Shown: piece after piece, positions 1 to 6,145 of the stretch
Layout of the letters: every line of letters begins with the position of its first letter
How positions within the stretch are numbered: position 1 is the stretch's first letter
Virus record (IMG/VR): IMGVR_UViG_2778261571_000001
Span: 1 to 6,584 of that record
From: a virus
Lineage: Duplodnaviria > Heunggongvirae > Uroviricota > Caudoviricetes
Length of the DNA stretch: 6,584 nucleotides
Reading direction: 5' to 3' (one strand)
The notes under the pieces: model-generated
The model's input: only the letters and a program-made list of their open reading frames with translations
The model's database searches: none
Told to the model about the DNA's origin: nothing
Made by a program: the position numbers and the translations under genes

Positions 1-5
1 AGTTA

Positions 6-81
6 TGGTGCTGGTTAACGGACTTGAACCGCTACCCATTCGCTTACAAGGCGACTGCTCTACCATTGGAGCTAAACCAGC
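6..81 (-). tRNA. tRNA, anticodon UGU (Thr) by manual folding; 76 nt with encoded CCA
   Basis: Reverse complement of 6..81 folds as a cloverleaf: 7-bp perfect acceptor stem GCTGGTT/AACCAGC, D-stem GCTC/GAGC, anticodon stem GTCGC/GCGAA (one G:A mismatch at 27:43), loop CTTGTAA, T-stem AGCGG/CCGTT with loop TTCAAGT, discriminator A, CCA. Position 14 is C rather than the usual A. Folded by eye, not with tRNAscan. Confidence 0.6.
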
Positions 82-86
82 ATATT

Positions 87-161
87 TGGCGGGACAGCGT
101 GGACTCGAACCACGATAAGAAGGTTAACAGCCTTCCGTGATTACCTTTATACGACTGACCC
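87..161 (-). tRNA. tRNA-like element with Asn-type anticodon loop (GUU); degenerate D-arm, possible pseudo-tRNA
   Basis: Reverse complement shows a perfect T-arm CGTGG-TTCGAGT-CCACG, a perfect anticodon arm GAAGG-CTGTTAA-CCTTC and an encoded CCA, but the D-stem GTAT/TCAC has two mismatches and the acceptor stem GGGTCAG/CTGTCCC has a T:T mismatch at position 4:69. It starts immediately after the tR' U-tract and lies 5 nt upstream of the first tRNA. Confidence 0.4.
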
Positions 162-162
162 A

Positions 163-224
163 AATAAAAAATCCCGAAACCGTTGTGCAGGCTCTAACTA
201 TTACCTGCGAACTGTTTCGGGATT
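163..224 (-). terminator. Rho-independent terminator, lambda tR'-like (end of a 6S-like late leader RNA)
   Basis: On the minus strand a long imperfect hairpin AATCCCGAAAC...GGTTTCGGGATT (plus 171..224) is followed directly by TTTTTTAT. It closely matches my recollection of the lambda tR' sequence. Confidence 0.8.
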
Positions 225-354
225 GCATTTTGCAGACCTCTCAGCCTGCGATGGTTGGAGTTCCAGACGATACGTCGAAGTGACCAACTAGGCGGAATCG
301 GTAGTAAGCGCCGCCTCTTTTTATCTCACTACCACAACGAGCGAATTAACCCAT

Positions 355-395
355 CGTTGGGTCAAATTTACCCAACTTTATTCAAAAAGTCAATA
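355..395 (-). promoter_or_regulatory. Late promoter pR' with overlapping qut site (Q-utilisation)
   Basis: Minus strand has -35 TTGACT (plus 388..393), a 17-bp spacer and -10 TAAATT (plus 365..370). The predicted start near 358 lies about 194 nt upstream of the terminator U-tract, which matches the known length of lambda 6S RNA. Position is immediately downstream of Q. Confidence 0.7.
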
Positions 396-435
396 TCATG
401 CCGTTAATATGTTGCCATCCGTGGCAATCATGCTG

Positions 436-1059
436 CTAACGTGTGACCGCATTCAAAATGTTGTCTGCGATTGACTCTTCTTTGTGGCATTGCACCACCA
501 GAGCGTCATACAGCGGCTTAACAGTGCGTGACCAGGTGGGTTGGGTAAGGTTTGGGATTAGCATCGTCACAGCGCGATATGCTGCGCTTGCTGGCATCCT
601 TGAATAGCCGACGCCTTTGCATCTTCCGCACTCTTTCTCGACAACTCTCCCCCACTGCTCTGTTTTGGCTATATCAACCGCACGACCTGTACCGTGGCAA
701 TCTCTGCATCTTGCCCCCGGCGTCGCGGCACTACGGCAATAATCCGCATAAGCGAATGTTGCGAGAACTTGCAGTACCTTTGCCTTAGTATTTCCTTCAA
801 GCTTTGCCACACCACGGTATTTCCCCGATACCTTGTGTGCAAATTGCATCAGATAGTTGATAGCCTTTTGTTTGTCGTTCTGGCTGAGTTCATGCTTACC
901 GCAGAATGCAGCCATTCCGAATCCGGCTTGTGATTGCGCCATCCCCATAGCAGCCATCACATCAGTACCGGAAAGAGAGTCAGAAGCCGTAGCCCGTGGT
1001 GAGTCGCTCATCATCGGGCTTTTTGGCGAATGAAATTTAGCTACGCTTTCGAGTCTCAT
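436..1059 (-). CDS. Q: Late-gene antitermination protein Q (lambda-type)
   Basis: 207-aa ORF with ATG start. The translation matches lambda Q as I recall it throughout, including the zinc-binding region CRDCHGTGR...CGRCKGVGY. It is followed by a lambda-like pR'/qut/tR'. Confidence 0.9.
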   Translation of the reverse strand: MRLESVAKFHSPKSPMMSDSPRATASDSLSGTDVMAAMGMAQSQAGFGMAAFCGKHELSQNDKQKAINYLMQFAHKVSGKYRGVAKLEGNTKAKVLQVLATFAYADYCRSAATPGARCRDCHGTGRAVDIAKTEQWGRVVEKECGRCKGVGYSRMPASAAYRAVTMLIPNLTQPTWSRTVKPLYDALVVQCHKEESIADNILNAVTR

Positions 1060-1244
1060 GGCCTTCCCCTTTTGCCCTGTTTGACCATCAGGACGCCGTT
1101 AACTATTACGTGACGCTCGCCTTTGCTGTCTCGGTTGTACTTGAGCACTGTTCCTCTTGCGCAGGAAAGCATCCTCGCCACTTCGGTCTGATTGCCTCGT
1201 GTCTGGATAAGAAGCTCTGGTATCGTTTGAATTGTGGCGTTCAT
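1056..1244 (-). CDS. ninH: NinH-like small DNA-binding protein
   Basis: 62-aa ORF with ATG start. The motif TIPELL...GNQTEVARML.C.RGTV.KY resembles lambda NinH. Its stop overlaps the Q start (ATGA). Confidence 0.7.
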   Translation of the reverse strand: MNATIQTIPELLIQTRGNQTEVARMLSCARGTVLKYNRDSKGERHVIVNGVLMVKQGKRGRP

Positions 1245-1603
1245 GCGTTCTCCAGTTCGGTGATTTTTATTCCAAGCCTTCCGCCTGGTACTTTCACACC
1301 ACGAATTACGCGAATGTCATCGAATTGCTCGTCGTCTTCCGCAAATCCGGCGTGGATAAGTGAGTCGAGTAAACCTTTCAGGATGTTATCGAGGTCGCGG
1401 CGGCGGGAGTCTGGAACGTCTGCGATGACTTTGATGCGGAGTCGTGATTTGGTGAAAATGTCTAACTTGAGTTGGCGGATTATTTGCTGAACGTCTTTTC
1501 GGTATTTCTGGCCTTTATCGCTGATGTAGTATTGGCTTCCCCGTCTTCGCCAGTAGGTGTTCAGCGACGGTGGGTACGGAAGTGTGAATCTGTATTCTGC
1601 CAT
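1241..1603 (-). CDS. rusA: Holliday-junction resolvase RusA
   Basis: 120-aa ORF with ATG start and an upstream GGAGAGGA Shine-Dalgarno. It has the RusA hallmarks: N-terminal L/TLPxPPSxN, the catalytic acidic cluster RRRDLDN, and a C-terminal GGRL motif. Length matches E. coli RusA (120 aa). Confidence 0.85.
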   Translation of the reverse strand: MAEYRFTLPYPPSLNTYWRRRGSQYYISDKGQKYRKDVQQIIRQLKLDIFTKSRLRIKVIADVPDSRRRDLDNILKGLLDSLIHAGFAEDDEQFDDIRVIRGVKVPGGRLGIKITELENA

Positions 1604-2128
1604 TTATCCTCTCCCATGATTATGGTGATACCCCAATCGTGATTCCGCCAATTTTCTGGCATTAACGGCTAGAGATATGTCATCGTATAATCCAAGAAAT
1701 ATCTTTTTATTATCACTGTTTATATATGCGCCCCACTTTTTATTCTTCTTATAGTAGGCAACACCCATTACTCCAGAGCGATTATTAATAGGCTTTTTTC
1801 TGTTCCTTGAGTTCTGTTTATCATCTACAACGCGCAAATTGCATATTCTGTTATCGCTTTTAATTCCATTTATGTGGTCAATTTCCCCATCAGGTTCGCT
1901 TCCATAAAATGATATCCATGCGATTCTATGAGCTCGACAAACTTTTTTATTTACAGATATACGAACGTATCCTTTTTCATCTATAGAACCAGCAATCTTA
2001 CCGGCATATGTTGAATTCCAGCACTCTCTTACACTTTCTCTTCTTTTGTATATAAACAAACCTGTTTCGCTATTATATTCATACAATTCATTGATTTCTT
2101 TTTGTGTTGGATATCTTTTACCGTTCAT
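1604..2128 (-). CDS. HNH homing-type endonuclease with C-terminal AP2 DNA-binding domain
   Basis: 174-aa ORF with ATG start. HNH core EIDHINGIKSDNRICNLRVV and an AP2-like segment SGVMGVAYYKKNKKWGAYI. The gene is visibly more AT-rich than its neighbours. Its start overlaps the upstream stop (ATGA). Confidence 0.8.
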   Translation of the reverse strand: MNGKRYPTQKEINELYEYNSETGLFIYKRRESVRECWNSTYAGKIAGSIDEKGYVRISVNKKVCRAHRIAWISFYGSEPDGEIDHINGIKSDNRICNLRVVDDKQNSRNRKKPINNRSGVMGVAYYKKNKKWGAYINSDNKKIFLGLYDDISLAVNARKLAESRLGYHHNHGRG

Positions 2129-2415
2129 GACTTAATCTTCCCCTCCTTCAGCAGTATCGCCTGCGTCCTGATCACGCCTTCGAGGTGGTAAAGTCTGGCG
2201 TCTTTGTTGTCGAGATTATGGGTGCGTCGGTCGATCTCCGCGTGGCAGTCACTACAAGCCCATGCGCCGATCAGGTCGTCAGGCTTCATCCCCGTTCCAC
2301 AAATTCCAGCCATCCGGTAATGTGCCAGAACTGTAGTTTCAGGATTACCATTGCATACGCCGTAAATACGTACCTGGCATTCTCTGCCGCGTGCTTCTTT
2401 GCGTAGATTAGCCAT
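2125..2415 (-). CDS. ybcO: Cys-rich DUF1364/YbcO-family nin-region protein (putative nuclease)
   Basis: 96-aa ORF with ATG start and a GGGGAGG Shine-Dalgarno. The pattern RGRECQVRIxGVCNGNPETxVLAH...CGTG.KP.DL....ACS.CH.EIDRRTH resembles the DLP12 YbcO protein as I recall it. In DLP12, ybcO sits directly upstream of rusA. Confidence 0.6.
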   Translation of the reverse strand: MANLRKEARGRECQVRIYGVCNGNPETTVLAHYRMAGICGTGMKPDDLIGAWACSDCHAEIDRRTHNLDNKDARLYHLEGVIRTQAILLKEGKIKS

Positions 2416-3140
2416 TAAGCAGCCTCCCCTGTTACTTTCAGCATTCCGTTATCGAGCAGCTTTCTGGTCAGCCACTGTTGACCACGCCCGGTGATTTTTG
2501 TGGTGAACGATATCTGTATTCCGTGATTTGTGTTGACCGCTGTTTCTTTCACTGTGAAATAGCCGCGATCCATATATTCCTGCATTGGCACATTGCGCCG
2601 GGAACCTGAAGCAATAAGGATTTTGTGATCGCGCATCCACGCAAACAGTTTGTTTTGACCAATTCCAACAACCTTTGCAAAGTTTCCAATCAAAATTCCG
2701 CTGGCCTCGCCAACTCGATCGGCAAACTCAACTTTAGGTGCGGCAATTGCGAGCTGGTTTTCCAGTTGCATTTTCTGCTCAGCAAGATCAGCAGCAAGGC
2801 GCAACGCTTCCGGTAGCGTTTTGGGGATATTAACCGCAGCTTCTTCAAGCTCTCGCCAGCGGTCAACAAGGCGAGCGGTGAACTCTGGCGACAACTGGGC
2901 GACGACAATAATGCTGTCTCGCTTTCCTTGTTCGCCCTCGAAGACGTAGAAATCACGCTTCCCGGTAATAACACCTAAATCATTGATTATGTTAGTGTGC
3001 TGCAATGCAGGAGGCTTGATAACGCCACGTTTCACCAATCTATCTATGGATACTTTTACATTGCTATGGCGGCTTTCTACCAACTCAGCGATTTCAATGC
3101 TTGTCATTTTGATGGCATTGCCATTTATTAACTCATTCAT
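2415..3140 (-). CDS. Phage regulatory protein, Rha-like N-terminus with KilA-C (ANT) C-terminal domain; putative antirepressor
   Basis: 241-aa ORF with ATG start. The C-terminal segment NVPMQEYMDRGYF fits the KilA-C antirepressor domain signature. The N-terminus (MTSIEIAELV...HSNV...I..L) is Rha-like. Confidence 0.65.
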   Translation of the reverse strand: MNELINGNAIKMTSIEIAELVESRHSNVKVSIDRLVKRGVIKPPALQHTNIINDLGVITGKRDFYVFEGEQGKRDSIIVVAQLSPEFTARLVDRWRELEEAAVNIPKTLPEALRLAADLAEQKMQLENQLAIAAPKVEFADRVGEASGILIGNFAKVVGIGQNKLFAWMRDHKILIASGSRRNVPMQEYMDRGYFTVKETAVNTNHGIQISFTTKITGRGQQWLTRKLLDNGMLKVTGEAA

Positions 3141-3303
3141 CGTCTTCTTCCTCGTACATTGAGCTATTCGGATCGCTCATCAGCTCTGCGCAGCAATCGG
3201 AGCACACGTGAACTTCCAGAAAATGCAGCTTTTGACCGCAGTTAGCGCACGTTAAAGCCCGCTCGACGCTTTGTTGTTCGTAACTTCGATTTGGGTCAAT
3301 CAC
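3133..3303 (-). CDS. ninF: NinF-like small Cys-rich protein
   Basis: The core [41 protein letters not shown] matches lambda NinF as I recall it. The ORF track gives a 70-aa product starting at 3345, but a GTG at 3303..3301 overlaps the NinE stop (GTGA) and gives a lambda-sized ~56-aa product, so I prefer that start. Confidence 0.7.
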   Translation of the reverse strand: MIDPNRSYEQQSVERALTCANCGQKLHFLEVHVCSDCCAELMSDPNSSMYEEEDDE

Positions 3304-3482
3304 CTTGTTTTCCTCGCACGTTCTCTTAGCCACCGGATATCCCACAGGTGAGCCGTGTAGTTGAAGGTTTTTACGTCAGATTCTTTTGGGATTGGCTTGC
3401 GTTTATTTCTGGATCGTTTCGTTGGAAGGTATTTGCAGTTTTCGCAGATGATATCGATGAAACTTCGTCGCTGTCGTCTCAT
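3300..3482 (-). CDS. ninE: NinE
   Basis: 60-aa ORF with ATG start. [23 protein letters not shown]...[15 protein letters not shown] is near-identical to lambda NinE as I recall it. Its start overlaps the NinB stop (ATGA). Confidence 0.85.
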   Translation of the reverse strand: MRRQRRSFIDIICENCKYLPTKRSRNKRKPIPKESDVKTFNYTAHLWDIRWLRERARKTR

Positions 3483-3889
3483 TCGTACCTCCTGTCGGTA
3501 AATCTGACACCCTGACCAATAGCCCAGGCTGTTGTGTACTCGATCAGACTTGCCATGCGCTTCACGCTCATCTGCGCGCTGCTTTCGCGAATGTTGACGT
3601 ATTCGCCTTCAAGGCCTGGCAAAACATCAGCTTCCTGCTTTGTTGCCACTGCATGACCGCTGATCAACAAAACCTTCCATTGTTCCGGTTTTAACCATTT
3701 GCCGCACCATTGAACCTGACGTGCGATATCCGCCAGCATCGCGTGAAATTTTGCGTTCTGGTCAAGGTTGCGCTTGTAGTCAGTAATGCGGATGGTGACT
3801 GGCTTGTCTTTATCGAGTGGTGTTGCGAGGATGGCATTTATTGCGGCTTGCTGTTGTTGCTTAGTTCGGAGGAAGATTGTTTGCTTCAC
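3479..3889 (-). CDS. ninB: NinB (Orf-family recombination mediator)
   Basis: 136-aa ORF with a GTG start preceded by AAGGAG. The motifs LDQN.K.......I..QV.W.G and Y...S.AQM resemble lambda NinB. It occupies the standard position at the head of the nin cluster. Confidence 0.8.
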   Translation of the reverse strand: MKQTIFLRTKQQQQAAINAILATPLDKDKPVTIRITDYKRNLDQNAKFHAMLADIARQVQWCGKWLKPEQWKVLLISGHAVATKQEADVLPGLEGEYVNIRESSAQMSVKRMASLIEYTTAWAIGQGVRFTDRRYE

Positions 3890-3900
3890 TGAATACTCCT

Positions 3901-4086
3901 TTATTTTTTATGCCTGTAACCCCATTCTTCCAGCAACCTTGCGGCGTACCACCCAAGAAACAAAGGAAAGAACATTACAATGAGATATTCCCCGCCACGG
4001 TCAATGTTCGAAATTGACCAGATTACGATGTAACCAGTGCAGAACAGGAATATTACAAACCCCAAAAAGCTACTTCGTCGACTCAT
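3901..4086 (-). CDS. Hypothetical small membrane protein (2 predicted TM helices)
   Basis: ORF of ~61 aa from ATG at 4086 (the track's 63-aa version starts at a GTG at 4092). AAGGAG lies 5 nt upstream of the ATG. Two hydrophobic stretches (FLGFVIFLFCTGYIVIWSI and YLIVMFFPLFLGWYAARLL) and a basic C-terminal tail. No family recognised. Confidence 0.45.
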   Translation of the reverse strand: MSRRSSFLGFVIFLFCTGYIVIWSISNIDRGGEYLIVMFFPLFLGWYAARLLEEWGYRHKK

Positions 4087-4088
4087 GC

Positions 4089-4409
4089 TCACTCCTTCAC
4101 TTTGATTCCAGCAGCGCGGATGTTTTCCTCATAAGCATCCATTGCATCACCGAAGCCATTGGAATAATCAACAGTAAACCCTTTGGCTAATGCTTCTCTG
4201 CTGTCGATAAACTTTGGCGCGGTTATTTCAATAGCTGATCGCGATGCCTGCCACGTTTGCCAGTGGCCTTGAACATCGTCCATCACGTATTGACCACCAA
4301 TATTACCACTGCCAATTTCATGGTGATTTTCAGGGTAACGGATAAGGTCTGAGGATTCGCCTCCACGTCGCAACCAACTTTCTTCAAACTGCTTTCTTGA
4401 TTCGTCCAT
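4089..4409 (-). CDS. Hypothetical acidic soluble protein, ~106 aa
   Basis: ATG start with a GAGGGT Shine-Dalgarno. No recognisable catalytic motif. Tightly packed between two small 2-TM ORFs. Confidence 0.55.
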   Translation of the reverse strand: MDESRKQFEESWLRRGGESSDLIRYPENHHEIGSGNIGGQYVMDDVQGHWQTWQASRSAIEITAPKFIDSREALAKGFTVDYSNGFGDAMDAYEENIRAAGIKVKE

Positions 4410-4426
4410 CGATACTTACCCTCAGT

Positions 4427-4633
4427 TCAACTCACAAAACGCCACGCCATTTTTGCTACAGCGACAGGCATAACACCGATAATCACCCAGACAAATGCAG
4501 CGCCAAACAACGTATACCATGGGTCTTTACCGTCATTCACAAGACGAATGTAGCTATGCAGAACAATAAATAACGTCAGAAGAATCCATCCAACGCCAAC
4601 GCATTTGAATGCGACGAGCATAAACTCAGCCAC
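4427..4633 (-). CDS. Hypothetical small membrane protein (2 predicted TM helices)
   Basis: 68-aa ORF from GTG at 4633 (GGGGGAGAG upstream); an alternative ATG at 4621 would give 64 aa. Two hydrophobic helices (LVAFKCVGVGWILLTLFIVL and LFGAAFVWVIIGVMPVAVA). The start is uncertain. Confidence 0.4.
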   Translation of the reverse strand: MAEFMLVAFKCVGVGWILLTLFIVLHSYIRLVNDGKDPWYTLFGAAFVWVIIGVMPVAVAKMAWRFVS

Positions 4634-4649
4634 GATTTACTCTCCCCCA

Positions 4650-4680
4650 AATAAAAAGGCCTGCGATTACCAGCAGGCCT
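4650..4680 (-). terminator. Intrinsic terminator downstream of the helicase gene (tR2-like position)
   Basis: 8-bp perfect GC-rich stem AGGCCTGC/GCAGGCCT (plus 4657..4664 and 4673..4680) with an 8-nt loop. On the minus strand it is followed by TTTTTATTT. Confidence 0.55.
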
Positions 4681-4708
4681 GTTATTAGCTCAGTGATGTA
4701 GATGGTCA

Positions 4709-6145
4709 TCAGAATCCTCCTTTCTTCTTGGACTGCGGTTCCTCGCGTTCACGGCGGCGCATTTCAGCAGACTGTTGGTCTGTGTCATAAATAGCGCCAT
4801 TTGCCTGAATGCAATACACCGTGCCGGTATTGCCATGACGATTGAGACGAAGGATTAGTTCGGTTTCACCAGGTGGAACACTGTCATCAAAAGCACCTTC
4901 ACGATGGATCCCCACCCAATAATCGCAATCCTGTTCAATCTGCCCTGTATCTCTGGAGTCACTTGGTAATGGGCGTTTATTGGTTCGGCTTTCCAGTGCG
5001 CGGTTAAGCTGTGTCAGAAGCACAACAACGCAATCAAGCTCTTTGGCAAGGTTCTTCAGTCCTTTGGTGATCATGCCGTAAGCAAGGTCGTTGCGATCGG
5101 CCTTTTCAGCGGTCATTAGTGTCAGGTAATCGACCAGAATCATGCCAACACATCCTTTTTCTCGCTTGATTCGACGGCTTTCGCTGACGATTTGAGCCAG
5201 AGATAATCCCGGCGTGTCGTCGATGTAAAGCAGGTCGATTTCACTTAAGCGATTGGCTGTTTCGATCGCCCTGTTGAAGTCACCATCGTAATCACCCTGA
5301 TAGCCGTCATCAGCGTCATTTGTCGCCGGAAGGTAAAAAATATTCGGGTTAACACCTGACTTCTGTCCCACCAGTTTTTCCAGTATCTGGTCACCAGGCA
5401 TTTCAAGGCTGAACATCAGAGCGGGCTTTTTCTCATGCACTGCGCAGTTGATTGCCATCTGGCTGTATAGCGTCGTTTTCCCCATCTTAGGGCGGGCGCC
5501 AATGACAAACAGAGAGCCTTTCACCAGACCTTTCGGTGACAGCATCCTGTCCAGCGATGGGATCCCTGTGCTCATTCCTCGTTGCTCGCCTGACGGGTCA
5601 AATCGCTTCTCAAGGTCGCTAACCCAGTCTTCCATGACCTCACCAAATGAGCGAAGGCCGCGACGCGATCCGGTTTTTGCATGGTCTGTCAGTTGCGTGA
5701 AAATCGCCTGAATAGCTTCGTACTTCTGCGTTGCAGTCATTCCGTTGCGGGAATATAGCAATTCCGTCGCTTCAGTCATGCGGTTGATGGCGTAGCGTTC
5801 CATTGCGGTTTCGCGAACCTGCATTGCATAGGCAACGATGTTTGCGGAGCTTGGCGTGTTCTTTGCGATCTCAGCGATATAAGCAAAACCGCCAACAGAC
5901 GCCGTTAACGATTTACGCTCCAGTTCATCGAAAAGCGTCAGGCCATCTACTGGCTTTTGCTCCCGGTGCATTCTGGTTATTTCTTCGAAAAGGATTTTGT
6001 GTGGTCGGCTGTAAAATGAATCAGGCTTCAGCATCGCCAGAACTTTCTGGACGCGCTCACTGCTGTCATCATCCAGAAGCAATCCACCAATCACCGCCTG
6101 CTCTGCCTCGATGCTATTTGGCGGCGAATAAAAATTATCGGTCAT
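4709..6145 (-). CDS. Replicative DNA helicase, DnaB family (phage P22 gene 12-type)
   Basis: Walker A GARPKMGKT, DnaB N-terminal motif SIEAEQAVIGGLL, and a DnaB-like H2 region GMILVDYLTLM. I place the start at the ATG at 6145..6143 (GAGG Shine-Dalgarno ~9 nt upstream) rather than the GTG at 6160 used by the ORF track. Confidence 0.9.
   Translation of the reverse strand: MTDNFYSPPNSIEAEQAVIGGLLLDDDSSERVQKVLAMLKPDSFYSRPHKILFEEITRMHREQKPVDGLTLFDELERKSLTASVGGFAYIAEIAKNTPSSANIVAYAMQVRETAMERYAINRMTEATELLYSRNGMTATQKYEAIQAIFTQLTDHAKTGSRRGLRSFGEVMEDWVSDLEKRFDPSGEQRGMSTGIPSLDRMLSPKGLVKGSLFVIGARPKMGKTTLYSQMAINCAVHEKKPALMFSLEMPGDQILEKLVGQKSGVNPNIFYLPATNDADDGYQGDYDGDFNRAIETANRLSEIDLLYIDDTPGLSLAQIVSESRRIKREKGCVGMILVDYLTLMTAEKADRNDLAYGMITKGLKNLAKELDCVVVLLTQLNRALESRTNKRPLPSDSRDTGQIEQDCDYWVGIHREGAFDDSVPPGETELILRLNRHGNTGTVYCIQANGAIYDTDQQSAEMRRREREEPQSKKKGGF

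Noticed and set aside
171-224. Hairpin as a third tRNA or an attachment site
   Set aside because: It does not fold as a cloverleaf. It matches the lambda tR' terminator in sequence and position and is followed by a U-tract.
552-933. Plus-strand ORFs 552..788 and 694..933
   Set aside because: They lie entirely antisense within the Q gene, which is strongly supported, and have no recognisable motifs or RBS. They are most likely chance open frames.
1110-1490. Plus-strand ORF of 126 aa
   Set aside because: Antisense to ninH and rusA. The translation is low-complexity (Ser/Arg-rich) and there is no RBS.
2185-2406. Plus-strand ORF of 73 aa
   Set aside because: Antisense inside the ybcO-like gene, with no supporting signal.
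2449-2974. Minus-strand ORFs 2449..2640 and 2690..2974, and plus-strand ORF 2625..2816
   Set aside because: These are alternative frames or antisense within the antirepressor gene. The KilA-C signature is in the 2415..3140 frame and the others are Arg/Ser-rich with no domain.
3133-3345. 70-aa version of NinF starting at 3345
   Set aside because: It overlaps ninE by 46 nt. The GTG at 3303, coupled to the ninE stop, gives a product of lambda NinF size. The extra N-terminal residues have no counterpart in lambda NinF as I recall it.
3710-3983. Plus-strand ORFs 3710..3892 and 3786..3983
   Set aside because: Mostly antisense to ninB and the small membrane ORF. The Cys/Leu-rich translations are typical of out-of-frame reading.
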